From contig NIVC01001724.1 in NCBI GenBank assembly GCA_002269645.1, positions 91,919-155,918 on the forward strand: a stretch of DNA of 64,000 nucleotides, written 5' to 3'. Each line of letters starts with the position of its first letter. The first letter of the stretch is position 1. The stretch comes from Macrostomum lignano. Lineage: Eukaryota. The notes beneath the pieces are model-generated. The model had not been told where the DNA came from. It ran no database searches and worked only from the letters and a program-made list of their open reading frames with translations. Position numbers and translations under genes: made by a program. Below, piece after piece: positions 37,701 through 50,866 of this stretch.

Positions 37701-40700
37701 TCCTATATACTAAAAATGAGTTGTCTGTGGGTATGCGATAGATTTCAGAAAAAATGGCTCAACCGATTTTCTTCAAACTTGCACCATTCGATCAGAAATT
37801 TTCCTGGGACGGTACATGCATCTTGGCTAAGAAATTGCTATATATTAAAGGGATTAAATATTCGAAAAACATGCTTTTTTGCAAAGGTCAAGCAAAATTT
37901 TCGACTTGAAATGCATTGTAAGAATGCTAGAAAAAAACCTGACTGACTGAATTTCAATTCTGATAAAGATTGCATCACAACAAGTAGAAAACAGTGCCGA
38001 AGAAATGCACACACGACTTGATTTAAATTGCGTAACCAATATTGCTAACTTGAATTGAAACTGATACTGGCTGACTGAGAAATTGATTATGTCATAACTT
38101 TTTACTCTAATTGACTTGCTGTAAGAATTGAATTATAAGGGCCACAATTGATGTACTCCAATTGAAAAGAGATAGCCCAGATGCGAACAGACTGGAATGC
38201 TAATGTAGCGACCTGGGTTCGAATCTTAGTAGTGCAAAATAATTTTTTTATTAAAACACCTTGTAAACATGAAACTGCTAAACATAAAAGAAGCACAATG
38301 TCAAACATATCAGTGGCACCATGTCGAACATTAAAGAGCCACCATGCCAAACATAAACGAGCCACCATGTCAAGCATAAACAAGCCACCATGTCAAACAT
38401 ATTTGTGACTCCATGTAAAACATATATACGTGACTCCATGTCAAACATTAAAGAGCCACCATGTCGAATATAAAAGACCTACCATGTCAAACATAAAAGA
38501 GCCACCATGTCGAACATTAAAGAGCCACCATGTCAAACGTAAAAGAACCGACATGTCGAACATTAAGGAGCCACCATGTCAAACGTAAAAGAACCACCAT
38601 GTCGAACATTAAAGAGCCACCATGTCAAACGTAAAAGAACCGACATGTCGAACATTAAAGAGCCACCATGTCAAACATTAAAGAGCCACCATGTCAAAAA
38701 TTAAAGAGCCACTTTGTCATACTTAAAAGAGCCACCATGTCGAACATTAAAGAGCTACCATGTCAAACATAAAAAAGCCACCATGTCAAACTTTAAAGAG
38801 CCACCACGTCGAACGAGAAAAAGCCACCATGTCAAACATAAAAGAGCCACCATGTCAAACAATAAAGAACCACTTTGTCGAACATTAAAGAGCCACCATG
38901 TCAAACATAAAGGAGCCACTCTGTCGAACATTAAACAGCCACCATGTCAAATAATAAAGAGCCACCATGTCAAACATTTAAGAGCCACCATGTCGAACAT
39001 AAAAGAGCCACTATGTAAAACATTAAAGAGCCACCATGTCTAACATTAAAGAGCCACCATGTCGAACGTTAAAGAGCCACCATGTCAAACATTAACGAGT
39101 CACCATGTCAAGCATATACGTTACTCCATGTCAAACATTAAAGAGCCATCATTTCAGACATTAAAGTGTCACCATGTCGAACATTAAAAAGCCACCATGT
39201 CCAACATTAAAGAGCCACCATGTCTAACATATATGTGACTCCAAGTCGAACATTAAAGAGCCCACCATGTCGGACGTTAAAGAGCCACCATATTGAACAT
39301 AAAAGAGCCACCATGTAAAACATTAAAGAGCCACCATGTCAAACATTAACGAGTCACCATGTCAAGCGTATACGTGACTCCATGTCAAACATTATAGAGC
39401 CATCATTGCAGACAGTAAAGTGCCACCAGGTCAAACATTAAAGAGCCACCATGTCAAACAATAAAGAGCCATCATGTCGAACATTAAAGAGCCACCATGT
39501 CAAACATTAACGAGCCACCATGTCAAACATTAAAGAGCCACTTTGTCGAAAATTAAAGAGCTACCATGTCAAACATAAAAGAGCCAACATGTCGAAAATT
39601 AAAGAGCCACCATGTCAAACGTAAAAGAACCACCATGTCGAACATTTAAGAGCTACAATGTCAAACATTAAAGAGCCACCATGTCAAACGTAAAAGAACC
39701 ACCATGTCGAACATTTAAGAGCTACAATGTCAAACATTAAAGAGCCACCATGTCAAACATTAAAGAGCCACCATGTCAAACATAAAGGAGCCACTTTGTC
39801 GAAGATAAAAGAGCCACCATGACCATGTCGAACATTAAAGAACCACCATGTCAAACATTAGAGAGCCACCATGTCAAACATTTAAGAGCCACCATGAAAA
39901 AAATTTAAAGAGCCACCACGTCTAACATTAAAGAGCCACCATGTCCAACATTAAAGAGCCACCATGTCGAACATAAAAGAGCCACCATGTAAAAAATTAA
40001 GGAGCCACCATGTCAAACGTAAAAGAACCACCATGTAAAAAATTAAGGAGCCACCATGTCAAACGTAAAAGAACCACCATGTCGAACATTAAAGAGCCAC
40101 CATGTCAAACGTAAAAGAACCGACATGTCGAACATTAAAGAGCCACCATCTCAAACATTAAAGAGCCACCATGTCAAAAATTAAAGAGCCACTTTGTCAT
40201 ACTTAAAAGAGCCACCATGTCGAACATTAAAGAGCTACCATGTCAAACATAAAAAAGCCACCATGTCAAACTTTAAAGAGCCACCACGTCGAACGTGAAA
40301 AAGCCACCATGTCAAACGTAAAAGAACCGACATGTCGAACATTAAAGAGCCACCATGTCTAACATAAAAGAGCCACCATATCAAACATTAAAGAGCCACC
40401 ATGTCAAACATTAAAGAGCCACTTTGTCGAACATTAAAGAGCCACCATGTCAAACATAAAAGAGCCGACATGTCGAAAATTGAAGAGCTACCATGTCAAA
40501 CATTAAAGAGCCACCATGTCAAACATAAAAGAGCCGACATGTCGAAAATTAAAGAGCTACCATGTAAAACATTAAAGAGCCACCATGTCAAACATTAAAG
40601 AGCCACTCTGTCGAACATTAAACAGCCACCATGTCGAACATAAAAGAGCTACCATGTAGAATATTAAAGAGCTACCATTTCGAACTTTAAAGAGCCACCA

Positions 40701-43461
40701 TATCAAAGATTAAAGAGCCACCATGTCAAACATTAAAAGCCACCATGTCTAAAATTAAAAAGCCACAATGTCTTACATTAAAGAGCCACCATGAAGAACA
40801 TTAAAGAGCCACCATGTCAAACATAATAGAGCCACCATGTCAAACATTAAAGAGCCACCATGTCGAACATAAAAGAGCCACCATGTAGAATATTAAAGAG
40901 CTACCATTTCGAACATTAAAGAGCCACAATGTCAAAGATTAAAGAGCCACCATGTCAAACATTAAAAAGCCATCATGTCTAAAATTAAAAAGCCACAATG
41001 TCTTACATTAAAGAGCCACAATGTCGAACATTAAAGAGCCACCATGTCTAACATTTTAGAGCCACTATGTCAAACATATATGTGACTTTATGTCAAACAT
41101 TAAAGAGCCACCATTTCGAACCTTGAAGAGCCATCATGTCGAACATAAAAGAGCCACAATGTAGAATATTAAAGAGCCACCATTTCAAACCTAAAAGAGC
41201 CACTATGTCTAACATAAAAGAGCCACCATGTCAAACATAAAAGATCCACCATGGCAAACATAGAAGAGCCACCATGTCAAACATTAAAAAGCCACCATGT
41301 CAAACATTAAAGATATACAATTTCAAATGTAAAGGTATAAAGCGCCATGCCAATTTAAAGGAGCCACTATAAAGCTAAGGAAATTGTTAAACTAGCTACA
41401 ATACTTATTGTCTGGGGGATGCTTGCTATCTGGGGATGCTTGCTATCTGGGGGATGCTTGCTATCTAGGGGATGCTTGCTATCTGGGGATGCTTGCTATC
41501 TGGGGGATGCTTGCTATCTGAGGGATGCTTGCTATCTGAGGGATGCTTGCTATCTGGGGAATGCTTGCTATTTGGGGGATGCTTGCTATCTGAAGGATGC
41601 TTGCTATCTGGGGGATGCTTGCGGTCTTGGGATGATTTCTGTTTGCAATGCACTTCATTTGAGCAGTTTGTCTGTTGTCTTTGTGAAGGATTTTTTGGCT
41701 GTCTTTTTGTTACTTGTAGAGAACAGAGGTTCGAATCTAAGTAGAGCAAAATAATAATAACTAATAATAATTTTTTTGTTAAAACACCATCAAAACACAA
41801 AATGCTAAACATAAAGGGCCACCACGCCAAGCATATACGTGACTCGATGTCGAACATTAAAGAGCCACCATGTCAAACATTAAAGAGCCACCATGTCTAA
41901 CATTAAAGAGCCACAATGTCAAAAATTAAAGAGCCACCATGTCAAACATCAAAGAGCCACCATGTCTAACATTAAAGAGCACCATGTCGAGCATATACGT
42001 GACTCCATGTCAAACATTAAAGAGCCACCATGTCTAATATAAAAGAGCCACCATGTCGAACATAAATGAGCCACTATATCGAACATTAAAGAGCCACCAT
42101 TTCAAACATAAAAAAGCCACCATGTCAAACATAAAAGAGCCACTATGTAAAACATATATGTGACTCTATATCAAACATATATGTGACTCCATGTCGAACA
42201 TTAACGAGCCACCATTAACAACATAAAAGAGCCACCATGTCGAACATTAAAGAACCACCATGTCAAACATTAAAGTGCCATCGTGTCGAACATTAAAGAG
42301 CCACCATTTTGAACATTAAAGAGCCACCATTTTGAACATTAAAGAGCCACCATGTCAAACATTAAAGAGCCACTTTGTTGAATATTAAAGAGCCACTATG
42401 TCAAACATTAAAGAACCACCATGTAGAACATAAAAGAGCCACCATGTCTAATATAAAAGAGCCACCATGTCGAACATTAAAGTGCCATCGTGTCGAACAT
42501 TAAAGAGCCACCATGTCGAACATAAAGGAGCCACCATGTCGAACATAAAAGAGCCACTATGTTGAACATAGAAGAGCCACCATGTCAAACATTAAAGAGC
42601 CACCATTTTGAACATTAAAGAGTCACCATGTCAAACATTAAAGAGCCACCATGTAGAACATAAAAGAGCCACCATTTCTAATATAAAAGAGCCACCATGT
42701 CGAACAATAAAGTGCCATCGTGTCGAACATTAAAGAGCCACCATGTCGAACATAAAGGAGCCACCATGTTAAACATAAAAGAGCCATCATGTCAAACATT
42801 AAAGAGCCATCGTGTCGAACATTAAGGAGCCACCATGTCGAACATTAAAGAGCCACCACATCAAACATTAAAGAGCCACCATGTCGAACATTAAAGAGCC
42901 ACCATGTCAAACATATATTTGACTCCGTGTCGAACATTAAAGAGCCACCATGTGAAACATATAAGAGACTTTATTTCAAACATAAAAGAGCCACTATGTT
43001 GAGCATTAAAGAGCCACAATGTAAAACATAAAAACGACCATTTCGAACATTTAAGAGCCACCATGTTGAACATTAAAGGGCTACCATGTCAATCATTAAA
43101 GAGCCACCATGTCGAACATAAAAGATATACAATTTCAAACATAAAAGTGAGCGAATTTTAAAGGAGCCACTATAATGCTAAGGAAATTGTCGCACTAGCT
43201 ACTTATTGTCTGGTGGATGCTTGCTATTTGGGGATGCTATCTATCTGGGGGATGCTTTCTATCCGGGGGATGCTTGCAATCTGAGGGATGCTTGCCATCT
43301 GGGGGATGCTTGCCATCTGGGATGATTTCTTTTTGCATTGCACTTCATTTGAGTAGTTTGTCTGTTTTCTTTGTGAAAGCTTTATTTGGCTATCTTCTTA
43401 TTCCTTGTAGAGAACAGAAATTCTTTACAGATGTCCCCCAACGGGGGGCGAAGATTGCTAG
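37701..43461 (+). mobile_element. Non-autonomous Helitron, copy 1, with 23-bp and 18-bp internal satellites
   Basis: 5' TCCTATATACTAAAAATG. 3' hairpin CCCCC-AAC-GGGGG followed by ...GATTGCTAG. Internal arrays AAAGAGCCACCATGTCAAACATT (38300-41310, 41800-43130) and GGGGGATGCTTGCTATCT (41415-41615, 43215-43320). Confidence 0.85.
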
Positions 43462-46400
43462 TCCTATATACTAAAAATGGTCTGTCTGTGTCTATGTGAT
43501 CGATTAGAGAAAAAATGGCTGGACCGATTTTGTTCGAACTTGCACTGTTCGATCAGAAATTTTCCCGTGACTGTACATGCATCGTGGCTAAGAAATTTCT
43601 CGATGCTAAAGGCATTAAATATTCGAAAAACATGCTTTTTTGCAAAGGTCAAGCAAACTTTTCGACTTGAAATGCATTGTAAGAATGCTAGAGAAAAAAC
43701 TGACTGGTTGAATTCTGATTCTGAAATAGATTGCATCATAACTGAATTGTAACTCCGACTTGAATTGAAAATGCAGTGTGGAAGCGTAGCACCAGACTTG
43801 ATTTAAATTGCGTAACCATATTGTTAACTGATACTGACTGACTGAGAAACTGATTATGTCATAACTGCTTCGTGTGATTTACTCTATGCTTGGATTTTAA
43901 AGTGTTGAATTATATAAGTGCAAAATTTGATGTTATCAAAACGATGAGAGCTAGCCTAGAGGTGAACAAACTGAACTGCTAAATGCAGCGACGATGGTTC
44001 GAATTTTCATAGAGTACAATTTTTTAAATTAAAACTTTTCAACGTCAGGAAAACTAAAAGACTTTTTAAAAAGAAGCGTCATGTAAAAATCATAGAAGCG
44101 TCATGTAAACAATCATAGAAGCGTCATATAAACAATCATAGAAGCGCCATGTAAACAATCATAGAAGCGTCATGTAAAAATCATAGAAGCGTCATGTAAA
44201 CAATCATAGAAGCGTCATATAAACAATCATAGAAGCGTCATGTAAAAAATCATAGAAGCGCCATGTAAACAATCATAGAAGCGTCATGTAAAAAATCATA
44301 GAAGCGTCATGTAAAAAATCATAGAAGCGCCATGTAAACAATCATAGAAGCGTCATGTAAACAATCATAGAAGCGTCTTATAAAAAATCATAGAAGCGTC
44401 ATGTAAACAATCATAGAAGCGTCATGTAAACAATCATAGAAGCGTCATGTAAACAATAATAGAAGCGTCATGTAAAAAATCATAGAAGCGTCATGTAAAA
44501 AATCATAGAAGCGTAATGTAAAAAATCATAGAAGCGCCATGTAAACAATCATAGAAGCGTCATGTAAAAATCATAGAAGCGTCATGTAAAAATCATAGAA
44601 GCGTCATGTAAAAATCATAGAAGCGTCATGTAAACAATCATAGAAGCGTCATGTAAACAATCATAGAAGCGTCATGTAAACAATCATAGAAGCGTCATGT
44701 AAAAATCATAGAAGCGTCATGTAAACAATCATAGAAGCGTCATATAAACAATCATAGAAGCGTCATATAAAAAATCATAGAAGCGTCATGTAAACAATCA
44801 TAGAAGCGCCATGTAAACAATCATAGAAGCGTCATGTAAACAATCATAGAAGCGTCATGTAAAAATCATAGAAGCGTCATGTAAACAATCATAGAAGCGT
44901 CATATAAACAATCATAGAAGCGTCATGTAAAAAATCATAGAAGCGCCATGTAAACAATCATAGAAGCGTCATGTAAACAATCATAGAAGCGTCATGTAAA
45001 CAATCATAGAAGCGTCATGTAAAAACTTTTCGACTTGAAATGCATTGTAAGAATGCTAGAGAAAAAACTGACTGGTTGAATTCTGATTCTGAAATAGATT
45101 GCATCATAACTGAATTGTAACTCCGACTTGAATTGAAAATGCAGTGTGGAAGCGTAGCACCAGACTTGATTTAAATTGCGTAACCATATTGTTAACTGAT
45201 ACTGACTGACTGAGAAACTGATTATGTCATAACTGCTTCGTGTGATTTACTCTATGCTTGGATTTTAAAGTGTTGAATTATATAAGTGCAAAATTTGATG
45301 TTATCAAAACGATGAGAGCTAGCCTAGAGGTGAACAAACTGAACTGCTAAATGCAGCGACGATGGTTCGAATTTTCATAGAGTACAATTTTTTAAATTAA
45401 AACTTTTCAACGTCAGGAAAACTAAAAGACTTTTTTAAAAAGAAGCATCATGTAAAATATCAGAAAAAAGCGTCATATAAAAATCATAGATGCGTCATTT
45501 ACAAAATCATAGAAGCGTCATGTAAAAAATCATAGAAGCGTCATGTAAAAATTCATAGAAGCGTCATGTAAAAAATCATAGAAGCGTCATGTAAACAATC
45601 ATAGAAGCGTCATGTAAAAAATCATAGAAGCGCCATGTAAACAATCATAGAAGCGTCATGTAAACAATCATAGAAGCGTCATGTAAAAAATCATAGAAGC
45701 GTCATGTAAACAATCATAGAAGCGTCATGTAAACAATCATAGAAGCGTCATGTAAACAATAATAGAAGCGTCATGTAAAAAATCATAGAAGCGTCATGTA
45801 AAAATCATAGAAGCGTCATGTAAAAAATCATAGAAGCGCCATGTAAACAATCATAGAAGCGTCATGTAAACAATCATAGAAGCGTCATGTAAACAATCAT
45901 AGAAGCGTCATGTAAAAAATCATAGAAGCGTCATGTAAACAATCATAGAAGCGTCATGTAAAAAATCATAGAAGCGCCATGTAAACAATCATAGAAGCGT
46001 CATGTAAACAATCATAGAAGCGTCATGTAAAAAATCATAGAAGCGCCATGTAAACAATCATAGAAGCGTCATGTAAAAATCATAGAAGCGTCATGTAAAC
46101 AATCATAGAAGCGTCATGTAAACAATCATAGAAGCGTCATATAAAAATCATAGAAGCCTCATTTAAAAACTAATGAAAGTGTCATTTAAAAATTAAGAAG
46201 CATCATGGTACAATAAAAGAAGCATCATGTCAGACATGAAGGGTGTCATGTAAAAATTAAATGCAGCTATAATGCTGTGCTGGGGAGAAAAACTGAGACG
46301 TAAAGGCTCTCAGAGAATAACTGAGATTACGGGGGGGGGGTTGTTTCTGAGATGTCAAAGCAAAAGTCAGAAGCTACTTCAAAGTTCATGTACTTTACTC

Positions 46401-47356
46401 AATTTTTTATTGCATTCTTTGTTGGCTCGCCACGGGGGGGCGCTGATAGAAGAAGAGTCATGTAAAAAATAAAAGTAGCACTACGTATACATAAAAGAAA
46501 AGTCATGTCGAAGTTAAAAGATTCATTTGGGAATTGCTACGATGTCAAAGCTTGGTGGAAATCGTTATAGTGCTGTGATTCTTAAAGAAGGAATCACTAA
46601 AATGTCAAGGCTTAGGGGAGAAGAATTGCTGAGATTTCAAGGCTTTAGGTTGGGTTAAAGTTAGGTTTAGGTCAGGTGTGGGTTGAGGGTTATATTTTAG
46701 CGGGTTTCAAGGTTAACAGAATAACAGGGGATTTTTTAGATTAGAAGGTTTATGGGGGCCATCGCTGACATGTTAAGGCTTACGGGGGAATAGCTGAGAT
46801 GGCAAGGTTCACGGGGGTATAAATGAGATTTCAAGGCTAAAGTCAGAAGCTACATGTAGTTTATTGAAAACTTTTTATTACATTATTTGATGCCTCCTCT
46901 GGGGAGGGATCGCTGATAGAAAAAGCGTAATGTAAAAAATAAAAGAAGCTTCATGTCGAAGTTAAAAGACTCATTTGGGAATCCCTACGATGTCGAGGCT
47001 TGCAGGGAATCGCTATAATGCTGTAGTAGTGCTATAATGACTCTTAGAGAGAATTACTGAAATTTCAATGCTTTAGGGTTAGGTTAGGGTTAGGGTTAGG
47101 GTTAGGGTTAGGCTTAGGCTAGGGTTAGGGTTAGAAGGTTGACAGATATTTTTAGATTTCCAAGGCTTATTGGGGGCATTGCTGAGATGTCAAGGGGGAA
47201 GTTGATATGTTAAAGCTTGTGGGGGGGAATTACTGACATGTCGAGGCTTACAAGGTTTGACAGGAGATTTTTTAAGATTTCAAGGATACATGTAGCTTAT
47301 TAAAAAAACGTGTATTGCATTTCTTTGGCTCCCCAACGGGGGGCGTAGATTGCTAG
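43462..47356 (+). mobile_element. Non-autonomous Helitron, copy 2, head-to-tail with copy 1
   Basis: Starts TCCTATATACTAAAAATG directly after the CTAG of copy 1, and its first ~600 bp are homologous to copy 1. Internal 22-23-bp array AGAAGCGTCATGTAAACAATCAT (44075-45020, 45440-46160). Ends CCCCAACGGGGGGCGTAGATTGCTAG. Confidence 0.85.
47073..47134 (+). repeat. Interstitial telomere-type (TTAGGG)n inside Helitron 2
   Basis: About 10 perfect or near-perfect TTAGGG units, with a degenerate counterpart at ~46645-46695. Confidence 0.85.
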
Positions 47357-48067
47357 TCTATGACTAACTTTGGCTAATCGGATAGCAGTTATCTATGACT
47401 AACTTTGGCTAATCGGATAGCAGTTATCTATGACTAACTCAAGCAAATCTGATAGCAGTTGTTGTATAGAGAAAAATGAAAATTTATTCTTTCGAAACTC
47501 ATTGACTTTAAACTAAACTCATTGGCTAACAAAAAATGCAGTTTTTGTGGTAAAACCAAGCGTTATTTATTTCTCAAAATGTCGGTCATTTTTTCGCTTT
47601 ATACTTTTAAAAATATTGTTTGTGTCCAGAGAAAAAAAACAGCACAAGTTATTAGTTCATTGTGTTGTTGTGTCGCACCGCGGCTGCACCTCGGCTGGAC
47701 ACCGCAATGAGCTGGGGCGGGCACGTTTTCTTCGAGCTTTCTTAACACCCCTCACTTGGTCCCCAGGGGCAATGCTGAGTAATGGTGGGGGCAGATGGGG
47801 GCGACTGTTTGATATGCAGGTACACGCCTATTGTAGTTGAGTTCATTTTATGGACACTCTGGGTACTACTGCATGCTTACTGTACCAGTTGGGCGGCTGT
47901 TGCGGCCGAGAGCGAAATAAAATTGCGATAAAATGTTTGCTGGGTCATCTTTATCATCCAGCGACACTAAGGTGGCCTTAGGTTTACTCGTACATTTAGC
48001 AGACTACTGAGCTAGCGTCTTGGGAGTAGCTACTATCGGCCTTAAAGTGAAATTTAAGTGAAATTGC

Positions 48068-48495
<428 letters not shown>

Positions 48496-48764
48496 CTATC
48501 ATCTATGTACGAGCTATATATAGACTGCACACGTGCACAGCCTTCCTATAGTTATGCACTTGCATCGTAAGTGATGTTCTGGAAATTCTTGTGATCAGTG
48601 CTTTGACAAGTAAGAGAAAACGATACTCGAGAAAATCTGAGAAACTGGAGTGGTATTGCTAGCAGTTGCAGCCGTTTATTCGGCTTTTGAGGTAGTACTG
48701 TATATGGAAAGCTCAGAGAAACTATTAATCTACTTCTAGATAGCGAGTTTATACAGTAAATGTA

Positions 48765-49000
48765 GTTCCGCTAAGCTGTGCCTGTTCATCATCGAGTTCA
48801 TTAAGAACCCGGACCGACATGTAGCTCGTACTGCTGCTACGATGAGCTGCAGACCTGCCTGATCAGAGCCTCCCTGTGTGGCAGCAGGTGCCGCAGCGCT
48901 CTGTACAACAGCCGGCTGGCCGCCTGCCGCCTGCTGCAGTTCGCCGACGCTCCGGTCGACCCGGAAATCGAGAGGAGCCCGGACTGGGTCAAGCTGGTCA
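48765..49000 (+). pseudogene. Isolated GC-rich exon-like segment, Cys-rich and possibly PAN/apple-like
   Basis: One frame reads CSSYCCYDELQTCLIRASLCGSRCRSALYNSRLAACRLLQFADAPVDPEIERSPDWVKL, ending at a GTCAGG donor-like site. No partner exons were found. Confidence 0.3.
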
Positions 49001-49420
49001 GGGTGTGAGTGGGTCAAGCTGGTTACTGTCTAAGTGGGTCAGGGTCTGAGTGAGTCAAGCTGGTCAGAGTCTGAGTGAGTCAAGCTGGTCAGAGTCTGAG
49101 TGAGTCAAGCTGGTCAGAGTCTGAGTGAGTCAAGCTGGTCAGGGTCTGAGTGGGCCAAGCTGGTCAGGGTCTGTCGAGTGGGTCAAGCTGGTCAGGAGCT
49201 GAGTGGGTCAAGCTGGTCAGGAGCTGAGTGGGTCAAGCTGGTCAGGAGATGAGTGGGCCAAGCTGGTCAGGAGCTGAGTGGGTCAAGCTGATCAGGAGCT
49301 GAGTGGGTCAAGCTGGTCAGGAGCTGAGTGGGTCAAGCTGGTCAGGAGCTGGGTGGGCCAAGCTGGTCAGGAGCTGAGTGGGTCAAGCTGGTCAGGAGCT
49401 GAGTGGGTCAAACGGGTCAG
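49000..49420. repeat. 25-bp minisatellite (GTGGGTCAAGCTGGTCAGGAGCTGA)
   Basis: About 16 copies. The unit copies the end of the adjacent exon-like segment. Confidence 0.95.
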
Positions 49421-50089
49421 GACGCTTCTTCTCAAGACATTCCCTGCGAACAAACTGCTTAAAACCATGCAGAGAGGTATCATTATGCTACGTAGATAAT
49501 AGAATATCCATACGTCAATGTTTCTGCTGTTAAGTCACATATTACGATCGTATTTTCGACCTGGTTATTATCAAGGGGAGGCTCAAAGACGCAATTTTCT
49601 GAGTCAATTGTACATTTTTGTCTCACTATAGGTGTCCGGCCTTCAACTTTACTGGCTCACCGAGTTTATCTTCGTAGGCAGACCAATGTACAATGCACGT
49701 GTCAAAGCTTGTTTTAATCTGTCCCTTCAACTCCAACCCTGCAGTCTAATGCGTGCAGTATGACACATTTGCTCCACGCTGGAAAGAGGATTTCCTAATC
49801 TAAAAATAGACACAAAACTGTACACATAGCTACTGCATAGAAGTTAGAACTTAAGAACCCCCCTGGCTTCCAGCTTATTTACCGGTATATATTTCAGTTG
49901 GATTTGCCAGAATGACGTGTGCAAAAATGTTGGAACTCGTGACACTGTAGAAATTCTGTAGTAATATGGTCTGTAAATGTACATTTCATTTTTGTACATG
50001 CACATCAGATTATTATAAATGCAAGCGCCCTGGGAACAGTTTTTTACTTAGCTTCATCACTGGAACTCAACACCCTGAAACTGGAAGTC

Positions 50090-50866
50090 ATGTCTGACAG
50101 CATCGTTGGATTGCAAGCTCCTGCACAAGTGCAGCGTGAGGATCTGAATTCCGAACTGTTGCAAAACCGCCTAGCATTTGTCCTTCACAACGTTCTTAAC
50201 AAGTACGAGTGCGCCGCCGTGATTCGAGCTGCTGAAGGTGTCGGATTCAAGCCGGCCACAGTGCGCACTGGCTTCAAAACTATGGAGTACCAGCCAGACT
50301 TTCGCGTTGGCGATAATTCCTACCTGACCGATGTGGACATCCGAGAAACGATTTTTCAGCGCATCAGGCCGCACTTGCCGCCAAAGTTCGGCTTCGGTAA
50401 GCTGGTTGGTCTCAACGAGCGCATGACTTTGCTGCGCTATGGTCCCGGCGGGTTCTTCGGCGAGCACAGGGACGGAACCTACATCACGGCAGATGACTCG
50501 GCAATCAGCTTCATCACTGTCCAGCTCTATCTCAATGAAGGATTCGAAGGAGGCGAGACAACCTTCTTTCCAGATGGACTGATGCGCGCAGGCGACAAGC
50601 CTGAAGATCGTCGACGAGTGGCGATGATGCCGCGCACCGGTTCGGCAGTGATCTTCGAGCACAAGATTCTGCACGAGGGCAGCCTGGTGCAAAGCGGAGT
50701 AAAGTTCACACCTCGGGCTGACGTTCTCTACTCAAGGTATTATCCTCCAACTGGCACAGATTTTGATAGGGTCAATGGCAAGACGGATGAACCTACTGAA
50801 TCAGGTTTTCCACCGATATCATTGAGTGAAAGACAGAGCTTGTGGTCCAGGTGTGCGGTGCAATAG
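50090..50866 (+). CDS. 2-oxoglutarate/Fe(II)-dependent oxygenase (prolyl-4-hydroxylase-like, 2OG-FeII_Oxy_3 type), intronless
   Basis: LNERMTLLRYGPGGFFGEHRDG (HxD), FITVQLYLNEGFEGGETTF, PRTGSAVIFEHKILHEG (distal His), GVKFTPRADVLY. TATAAAT at 50014-50020. Confidence 0.9.
   Translation: MSDSIVGLQAPAQVQREDLNSELLQNRLAFVLHNVLNKYECAAVIRAAEGVGFKPATVRTGFKTMEYQPDFRVGDNSYLTDVDIRETIFQRIRPHLPPKFGFGKLVGLNERMTLLRYGPGGFFGEHRDGTYITADDSAISFITVQLYLNEGFEGGETTFFPDGLMRAGDKPEDRRRVAMMPRTGSAVIFEHKILHEGSLVQSGVKFTPRADVLYSRYYPPTGTDFDRVNGKTDEPTESGFPPISLSERQSLWSRCAVQ

Noticed and set aside
36475-46160. Regular 23-37-bp repeats superficially like CRISPR arrays
   Set aside because: Units are contiguous with no unique spacers, there are no cas genes, and the context is eukaryotic and spliced.
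47073-47134. Chromosome end or true telomere
   Set aside because: Short, embedded inside a Helitron, with unique sequence continuing on both sides.
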